This document shows positions 26,811 to 32,000 of a stretch of DNA of 32,000 nt, in pieces. Where the stretch lies: positions 6,315 to 38,314 of the forward strand of contig CAKUFG010000009.1 of assembly GCA_934647235.1 (NCBI GenBank), given 5' to 3'. Position 1 is the stretch's first letter, and each line of letters starts with the position of its first letter. The notes below the pieces were generated by a model. The model searched no databases, was not told the origin of the DNA, and was given only the letters and a program-made list of their open reading frames with translations. The translations under genes were made by a program, and so were the position numbers. This DNA comes from an uncultured Clostridia bacterium (GTDB lineage: Bacteria; Bacillota; Clostridia; Christensenellales; Aristaeellaceae).

Positions 26811-27479
26811 ATGACTGACAATCAGCTTTTTATTTTCGGCGATTCCATTTCCTGCGGCGTCATGTATGATGAAGCCGCCCATCGCTATACCCTTTGCCGC
26901 AATACCTACGACCGCGTCCTGCGCACGCAGGGCGTTGCCGTTAAAAGCTACGCCAAGCCCGGCTGCACCGCCGCCGACGCCGTGCGCATGCTGGATAAGG
27001 CCGAGCCGCTGCCCGGCGCTCCCTGCGTGATTGAATTCGGCGGCAACGATTCCGACCTGAACTGGGAGGAGGTGGCCGCACAGCCCGATCTTCCCCACGA
27101 GGCCAAGGTCTCTCTGTCTGATTTTCACGATTCGCTGCTGCGGCTGATCGCCTATGCCCGTGACAACGGCATGCGCCCCGTCGTCAGCATTCCCCTGCCC
27201 GTAGTGCCCGATCGCTACTTTGAGTGGGTATCGCAGAAGCTGGATCGGGACGCGATTCTGCACTATCTGGGCAGCCCGGAGTACATTTATCGCTGGCAGG
27301 AGCGCTACGCCTATGTAGCCCTCAAAACGGCTAACGAAGCCAACTGCCCCATCTTTGATCTGCGCGGGCTGTTCCTGGATCAGCGCGATTTCCGCGATAT
27401 GATGTCGCGGGACGGCATTCACCCCAACGAGGCGGGCTACGCCATCATCCGCGAGGCCGCTCTCAAGCGCTGGCATTAA
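26811..27479 (+). CDS. SGNH/GDSL-family hydrolase (lipase/acylhydrolase-like)
   Basis: 222 aa with block I FGDSIS, block III FGGND and block V DGIHPN (DxxH). Confidence 0.85.
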   Translation: MTDNQLFIFGDSISCGVMYDEAAHRYTLCRNTYDRVLRTQGVAVKSYAKPGCTAADAVRMLDKAEPLPGAPCVIEFGGNDSDLNWEEVAAQPDLPHEAKVSLSDFHDSLLRLIAYARDNGMRPVVSIPLPVVPDRYFEWVSQKLDRDAILHYLGSPEYIYRWQERYAYVALKTANEANCPIFDLRGLFLDQRDFRDMMSRDGIHPNEAGYAIIREAALKRWH

Positions 27480-27499
27480 TCGATATAATCCTTCTTTTC

Positions 27500-27531
27500 G
27501 CCCTGCTTATCCCATATGCAGGGCTTTTTCT
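27500..27531 (+). terminator. Rho-independent terminator
   Basis: GCCCTGC, an 11-nt loop, GCAGGGC, then TTTTTCTTT. Confidence 0.7.
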
Positions 27532-27619
27532 TTGCCTGCCGGCGTTTGAGATTTTCCCACTTTTATGGTATAGTGGATGCGGCGCCTGCATCAGCGCCGC
27601 AGACAGAAAGGAAACCGCC

Positions 27620-28558
27620 ATGTTTGAAGAAATCAGAAAGCTGATTGAACGTTATGATACCATCATCCTGCACCGTCATCTCAAGCCGGACGGCGACGCG
27701 CTGGGCAGCCAGATCGGGCTGAAGCACTTAATCCTGGATAATTATCCCGGCAAGCAGGTTTATATGGTGGGCGATGAGGCCGGGCGCTATGCCTTTATGG
27801 CCGACTGCACCATGGATACCGTGGCCGACGCGCAGTACGCTGGGGCGCTGGCGATCCTGCTGGACACCTCCGCGCCGCAGCTGATCAGCGATACGCGCTG
27901 CACCCTGGCTGAGGCTACCGCGCGCATCGACCACCATCTTTTCCTGGGAAAAATGTGCGATGTGGAAGTGATTGACAGCAGCTTTGAAAGCTGCTGCGGG
28001 CTGATCGCGGCCTTCGCTCAGGAAAGCGGCTATACGCTCTCCCCCCTCGCCGCGCGTTCGCTGTTTACCGGCATGGTCACTGATTCCGGCCGCTTCCGTT
28101 ATGACGCGGTATCGGCGCGCACCTTCCAGCTGGCCGGTTATCTCATGCAGCAGCCCATCGATACCAACGCGCTGTACGGCAGCCTGTACGCCATGGATTA
28201 TGAACAAGCCCGCCAGCGCGCCCACTATATGCTGAAAATGCAGCTCACCCCGCACCGCGTGGGCTATATCTACACGGCGCGTGACGAGCTGCAGGGGCAG
28301 GATCCCGCCGCCATCTCGCGCGGCATGGTTAATGTGATGGCCGATATCGCGGGCGTGCACATCTGGGTCAATTTTACCGAGTCGGATGCGGGCGTGCTGT
28401 GCGAGCTGCGCTCGGACAGATTTAACATCAACCCTGTAGCGGTCGCCTTCGGCGGCGGCGGGCATCAGAAGGCCAGCGGAGCCACCGTGGCAGACCGGGA
28501 AACGGCCATGCGCATGCTGGACGCGCTGGACAAGCTGGCAGCGGAGGATCAGGCATGA
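27620..28558 (+). CDS. DHH/DHHA1-family phosphoesterase (NrnA-like nanoRNase/pAp phosphatase), paralogue 1
   Basis: 312 aa with HRHLKPDGDALGS, LLDTS, IDHH and the DHHA1 motif GGGGHQKASGA. Confidence 0.85.
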   Translation: MFEEIRKLIERYDTIILHRHLKPDGDALGSQIGLKHLILDNYPGKQVYMVGDEAGRYAFMADCTMDTVADAQYAGALAILLDTSAPQLISDTRCTLAEATARIDHHLFLGKMCDVEVIDSSFESCCGLIAAFAQESGYTLSPLAARSLFTGMVTDSGRFRYDAVSARTFQLAGYLMQQPIDTNALYGSLYAMDYEQARQRAHYMLKMQLTPHRVGYIYTARDELQGQDPAAISRGMVNVMADIAGVHIWVNFTESDAGVLCELRSDRFNINPVAVAFGGGGHQKASGATVADRETAMRMLDALDKLAAEDQA

Positions 28559-29535
28559 ACACGCAAGCATTAACGCCCATATTGGATAAAATCAAGGCAT
28601 ATGATCATATCATTCTGTTCCGGCATCGCCGCCCGGATGGCGACTGTCTGGGCGCAAGCAAAGGGCTGCAACGCATCCTGCGGCTGTCTTTCCCGGGAAA
28701 AGTGATCGATCTTCCCGAGAGCGATACGTCCGATTATCTGGCTTTCCTGGGGCCCGACGATCCCGCGCTTCCTGACGAGGCCTATCAGAACGCCCTGGGC
28801 ATCGTAGTGGATACGGGCGACGCGGAGCGCATCTCCAACCCCAAATACGCCCTGTGCCGCGAGCTGATCAAGATCGACCATCACCCCGACCGCGATGCTT
28901 ACGCGGGCCTTTCCTGGGTGGAGGAGCACAGCGCCTCCTGCTGCGAGATGATCGCGGCGTTCTATACGCATTTCCAGCATGAGCTGCGCATGGATCAGCA
29001 GGCCGCCGCGCTGTTGTACACGGGCATTGTCACCGATTCCGGGCGCTTCCGCTATCCCGAGGTCAACGGCGATACCCTGCGCTATGCCGCAGCGCTGCTG
29101 GACGCGGGCGTGGATACGCAGCGGCTGTTTGCCCAGCTTTATCTGCGGGACGCAGCCTCCTTCCGTTTTCAGGCGTATGTATACGAGCACCTGCAGCTTA
29201 CTGAAAACGGCGCAGCCTATCTGCACATCGACATGCAGACGCAGCAGCGCTTCGGCCTGTCCTTTGAGGACGCCAGCGCGGCCATCGGCTATCTGGATTC
29301 CATCCGCGGCTGCCTGTGCTGGCTGGCCTTTATCGACGCGCCGGATGATACCATCCGCGTGCGGCTGCGCTCGCGCTTCGTGGCCATCAACACCCTGGCT
29401 GAGCGCCACCACGGCGGCGGCCATGCCTTTGCCAGTGGGGCGACGGTGTACAGCAGGGAAGAAATCCAATCCCTGATCGCCGAAGCCGACGCGCTGGTGC
29501 GCGATTACAAAGCCGCGCATTCGGACTGGCTGTAA
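28555..29535 (+). CDS. DHH/DHHA1-family phosphoesterase (NrnA-like), paralogue 2
   Basis: 326 aa with FRHRRPDGDCLGA, VVDTG, IDHH and GGGHAFASGA. Its start overlaps the stop of paralogue 1 (ATGA). Confidence 0.85.
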   Translation: MNTQALTPILDKIKAYDHIILFRHRRPDGDCLGASKGLQRILRLSFPGKVIDLPESDTSDYLAFLGPDDPALPDEAYQNALGIVVDTGDAERISNPKYALCRELIKIDHHPDRDAYAGLSWVEEHSASCCEMIAAFYTHFQHELRMDQQAAALLYTGIVTDSGRFRYPEVNGDTLRYAAALLDAGVDTQRLFAQLYLRDAASFRFQAYVYEHLQLTENGAAYLHIDMQTQQRFGLSFEDASAAIGYLDSIRGCLCWLAFIDAPDDTIRVRLRSRFVAINTLAERHHGGGHAFASGATVYSREEIQSLIAEADALVRDYKAAHSDWL

Positions 29536-29545
29536 CGGATAAAAA

Positions 29546-29596
29546 GCAGCGGGGCCTGCCTTCTGCGCATTGCAGATCACAAGCCCCGTTTTTTTA
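29546..29596. terminator. Bidirectional terminator between the DHH pair and the spoVT 3' end
   Basis: CGGGGC (29550..29555) pairs with GCCCCG (29583..29588), with an inner TCTGC/GCAGA hairpin. T7 lies on the right and an A-run on the left. Confidence 0.6.
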
Positions 29597-30058
29597 CTGC
29601 TCCATCTGACGGCCGACGATACCCGCCGCGGTTTCGGCCACCTTGACCTCGGTATCCCCCATACGCGCGCCCTGCTCGCGGGACAGCAGCAGCACCGCGC
29701 CGATGGCCTCGCCATCGGCAATGATGGGCGATACCACCTGCGCCGTATAGCCGCCGTTATCGTCCTCGTTGGTCACGCTCATCACCTTGCCGCCTGTCTG
29801 GCGGTTATAGGTCTGCGTCTGGCGGCTGGCGATGGCCTGCTCCAGATCGTGGCTGATGGGTTTATCCCACAGCTCCTTTTTGTTTACGCCGCTGGCCGCC
29901 ACCACCTGATCCCGGTCCACAATACAGGCGATGTGCCCCAGGGAGCGGAAAATCGACTCGGTGTAATCCTTGGCGAAGGAGGACATTTCCCCAATGGGCG
30001 AGTATTTTTTCAGAATTACCTCGCCGTCCCTGTCCGTATAGATTTCCAGCGGGTCGCC
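29594..30058 (-). pseudogene. spoVT: 3' fragment of spoVT (about residues 31-178 of the stage V sporulation regulator), lacking its own start and the first half of the AbrB-like domain
   Basis: The translation GDPLEIYTDRDGEVILKKYSPIGEMSSFAKDYTESIFRSLGH...PIIADGEAIGAVLLLS...VKVAETAAGIVGRQMEQ* is colinear with B. subtilis SpoVT as I recall it (...REGDPLEIFVDRDGEVILKKYSPISELGDFAKEY...AVETAAGFLARQMEQ*). The preceding residues (...EKPVTVVSG) do not match SpoVT. Confidence 0.8.
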
Positions 30059-31762
30059 GCCGCTGACAACAGTGACCGGCTTTTCGGACGCGGCGCTGTG
30101 CGCGGGGGGCGAATAGCGCAGGCCCTGGGCATGCTGCGCCGGCGCATCGATGCGGCCGCCGGCCCGCAGCAGCGCGTCGATATCGGCCTTGAGCTGAATA
30201 TCGATGCGATCCTCGTACACCGTGATGCGCTCAATCAGAAATTCCAGATCCTGCTTGTTCAGCCTGTCCTTCTGCAGGATTTCATCAAAGATTTCCAGCA
30301 CGGTTTTGGATACGCGGTTCAGGCGGATCACGCTATTGCGATGATCGGCATACAGCGCCAGCTGCGCCTCCAGCCCCCTGAGCTTGGCCAGCTCCTCGTT
30401 TTCCAGCGCGTCGTAGGTTTCGTTGATCAGGGTTTCCTGCTCCGGGCGGCGGGCAAGCTCGCTCAGCTTCTGACGGGCCAGACGCCTGAGCTGCTCCTTG
30501 CCCTGCTCAATCTGACGGTTGAGCAGCAGCAGCGCCTTCTCCCCCTGGGCGATGGCGTCCGGCTCGCTGCGGATGGCCTCCTGGAGCGCGTCGATCATGC
30601 CCGCGCTGTTCTCCCTGATCCTGCGGATGTACATTTTCAGCAGATCGTCCAGCAAGTCCACACGGGTGTGGTGGGCGGTGCAGCCCTTGCGCCCCCGCCG
30701 GTGATAGCTACCGCAGGTGTAGGCCGGGGCCAGATCATTGCGGCTCAGGGCGAACATGGGGCTGCCGCAGTCGCCGCAGAACAGAAAGCCGGTATAATGG
30801 TGATCGTATTTGCTTACGCCCCGATAGGCGCTGGTGGTACGCTTTTTGATCTGCTCCTGCGTATAATGAAAGGTACGGTAATCGATAATGGCCGCATGAT
30901 GGTTTTCAAACACGATGTGGCTGTCCGCGTCGGTCCTGAAATCCTTGCCGTTGATGCCCTTGCGGGTATACTTGCCCTGGCGCAGGGTGCCCATATAGAA
31001 ATCATTCTGCAGCATGCCCTGAATGGTGATGATGCTCCATTCCGGCCTGGCCTTCAGATGGCAGACCGTGCCGTCCGCCTCGATGCGGGCCTTTTCAGCC
31101 ATGCGCGGCGTGGGGATGCCCTGCTCGGTGAGATAATTGGCGATCCGCTTATACCCCCAGCCCTCGTTATAGCGCTGAAACACCAGGCGCACCACCTCCG
31201 CCGCCGGGCCGTCCACCTCATAGGTCATGTTTTTGCGATTGGTGATGACATAGCCATAGGGCACGGAGCACACCCATTTTCCATCCTGCTGGCGGCGCCT
31301 GATGACGGATTTTACCTTCTGGCTGGAATCGGTGACGGGCATTTCGTTAAGCAGAAAGCGCAGGCGGATGTTGGTCCAGTCGTCGCGGGTGGGATAATCG
31401 ATACTGTCGCCGATGGCGATGATGCGCAGGCCAGCGTCCCGCAGATCCTCCAATTCCACCAGGCCGCGCGAGTTGCGGCGGCTGAAACGGGACAGATCCT
31501 TGACGATCATAATATCATAATCGCCCAGCATCAGGCGCGGGCGCATTCTCTGATAGCTTTCCCGCTGCTCAAAGGTATAGCCGCTGCGGTCGCGGTCCAC
31601 ATAAAAATCCAGGCTGCTGCCCGGAAAGCGCTTCTGCACATAATCCTGAATAATGGCCTTCTGGTTTTCAATGCTGGTGTTATCCCGGTCCGCCTCCACA
31701 TCGACGGAGATGCGGCAGTACCCGGCCACCCGATAGCGCTTGGGCTCGGCTTGCGCTTGCAT
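29594..31762 (-). CDS. Chimeric ORF: complete large serine recombinase (TndX/TnpX-like; resolvase, recombinase, zinc-ribbon, coiled-coil and DUF4368-like domains) running in frame into the 3' part of spoVT
   Basis: The N-terminus YRVAGYCRISVDVE... carries the catalytic Ser, followed by DRDRSG, VKDLSRFSRR and the zinc ribbon CGDCGSPM...YTCGSYHRRGRKGCTAHH. A coiled-coil region and LEFLIERITVYEDRIDIQL follow. From about residue 569 the sequence is SpoVT (see next feature). RBS is AGGAGGG, 7 nt before ATG 31762. Confidence 0.9.
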   Translation of the reverse strand: MQAQAEPKRYRVAGYCRISVDVEADRDNTSIENQKAIIQDYVQKRFPGSSLDFYVDRDRSGYTFEQRESYQRMRPRLMLGDYDIMIVKDLSRFSRRNSRGLVELEDLRDAGLRIIAIGDSIDYPTRDDWTNIRLRFLLNEMPVTDSSQKVKSVIRRRQQDGKWVCSVPYGYVITNRKNMTYEVDGPAAEVVRLVFQRYNEGWGYKRIANYLTEQGIPTPRMAEKARIEADGTVCHLKARPEWSIITIQGMLQNDFYMGTLRQGKYTRKGINGKDFRTDADSHIVFENHHAAIIDYRTFHYTQEQIKKRTTSAYRGVSKYDHHYTGFLFCGDCGSPMFALSRNDLAPAYTCGSYHRRGRKGCTAHHTRVDLLDDLLKMYIRRIRENSAGMIDALQEAIRSEPDAIAQGEKALLLLNRQIEQGKEQLRRLARQKLSELARRPEQETLINETYDALENEELAKLRGLEAQLALYADHRNSVIRLNRVSKTVLEIFDEILQKDRLNKQDLEFLIERITVYEDRIDIQLKADIDALLRAGGRIDAPAQHAQGLRYSPPAHSAASEKPVTVVSGGDPLEIYTDRDGEVILKKYSPIGEMSSFAKDYTESIFRSLGHIACIVDRDQVVAASGVNKKELWDKPISHDLEQAIASRQTQTYNRQTGGKVMSVTNEDDNGGYTAQVVSPIIADGEAIGAVLLLSREQGARMGDTEVKVAETAAGIVGRQMEQ
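30062..30074 (+). repeat. Direct repeat copy A, GCTGACAACAGTG, at the recombinase-tail/spoVT junction
   Basis: Exact 13-mer identical to 31784..31796. It lies 4 nt from the first SpoVT-like codon. Confidence 0.6.
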
Positions 31763-31783
31763 GGCAGGCCCTCCTTTCCTTGG

Positions 31784-31796
31784 GCTGACAACAGTG
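31784..31796 (+). repeat. Direct repeat copy B, GCTGACAACAGTG, 22 nt upstream of the recombinase ATG
   Basis: Exact 13-mer identical to 30062..30074, located just upstream of the recombinase Shine-Dalgarno. Confidence 0.6.
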
Positions 31797-31859
31797 TAAG
31801 GGAGAATCGGCGCGGCGGCAAGATAAATTGCCGTTTTTTGTCATGGGAATTGCTGCCGT

Positions 31860-32000
31860 TCAGCGATTGCAGCGCAGCAGCCCGGCCGCGCATTCCATCA
31901 GGCTTTCCTGCCCGGAGCGGAACACCGCCACCCGATAGGGCGTGCCGCGATACTGCCGGCAGAGCGGCTCCAGCAAATCGCCGTCCGTCTCGCCGCCGGC
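31860..32000 (-). CDS. 3' end of a hypothetical element-borne ORF (partial, continues beyond the window)
   Basis: An open frame from the window edge, with strongly GC-rich third positions, ends ...LLEPLCRQYRGTPYRVAVFRSGQESLMECAAGLLRCNR* with TGA at 31860..31862. No family is recognised. Confidence 0.4.
   Translation of the reverse strand, partial: AGGETDGDLLEPLCRQYRGTPYRVAVFRSGQESLMECAAGLLRCNR

Larger units (their letters stand above)
30059..32000. mobile_element. Edge of an integrated mobile element (prophage, conjugative or mobilisable transposon) inserted in spoVT; truncated by the window end
   Basis: The recombinase gene abuts the point at about 30059..30075 where SpoVT similarity stops. 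A further ORF lies upstream on the same strand. The spoVT 5' part is not present in 31763..32000. Confidence 0.6.

Noticed and set aside
29594-31762. Reading the 722-aa ORF as a genuine evolved recombinase-SpoVT domain fusion.
   Set aside because: The SpoVT similarity begins in the middle of the AbrB-like N-domain (GDPLEI...) rather than at a domain boundary, and it runs to the native stop. That pattern is what an insertion breakpoint produces. It is kept as the alternative to be refuted in the main finding.
31820-31840. CGGCAA-GATAAA-TTGCCG followed by T6 on the plus strand, considered as a terminator upstream of the recombinase.
   Set aside because: The stem is only 6 bp, and no plus-strand gene is present for it to terminate. 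It could insulate against antisense transcription, but that is unsupported.
31763-32000. The idea that only the 1.7-kb recombinase cassette between the two 13-bp repeats is the insertion, with the spoVT 5' end immediately upstream.
   Set aside because: Joining the repeats in silico gives ...QKTAIYLAAAPILPYTVVSGGDPLEI... preceded by a TGA, which is not a SpoVT N-terminus. None of the three minus-strand frames in 31797..32000 encodes an MKATGIVRRIDDLGRVVIPKEIRR-like sequence.
1-32000. Scan for CRISPR arrays, rRNA or tRNA genes, and recognisable defence systems (restriction-modification, toxin-antitoxin, Cas, abortive infection).
   Set aside because: None was found by eye. There are no regularly spaced 25-40 nt repeats and no clover-leaf candidates. 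All sizeable ORFs outside the element edge have housekeeping or transport identities.

Overview
High-GC (strongly GC3-biased) chromosomal segment. Gene content (spoVT, DUF1540, rpsO-pnp-M16 peptidase synteny, a TndX/TnpX-like recombinase) points to a spore-forming Clostridia lineage, possibly Oscillospiraceae/Ruminococcaceae-like; this taxonomic call is inference only. About 29.5 kb is ordinary core genome: rpmF and a DUF177 gene, rpsO-pnp, an M16 peptidase, a dUTPase-like gene, an LplABC-type sugar ABC transporter, dxs-tlyA, a zinc-ribbon membrane protein, an ECF sigma/anti-sigma pair, galE, a BMP-family (nucleoside-type) ABC transporter, queT, a small DUF1540 ORF absent from the ORF track, glgP, an SGNH hydrolase and two tandem DHH (NrnA-like) phosphoesterases. 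The notable part is the right end. The 722-aa ORF at 29594..31762 (-) is a complete large serine recombinase that reads without a stop codon into the 3' two-thirds of spoVT, from the middle of the AbrB-like domain to the native ...RQMEQ stop. This looks like spoVT split by a mobile element that continues past 32000. spoVT is a forespore (sigma-G) regulator, whereas the characterised sporulation-gene intervening elements sit in mother-cell genes. A 13-bp perfect direct repeat brackets the recombinase gene. Secondary candidates are an SD-sequestering leader upstream of queT (possible preQ1 riboswitch), an unexplained ~330-bp GC-rich non-coding stretch, a cluster of three hairpins downstream of glgP, and a palindrome/direct-repeat operator-like array between glgP and the SGNH hydrolase. 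No rRNA, tRNA or CRISPR array was seen. Many long ORFs in the track are antisense artefacts of high GC.
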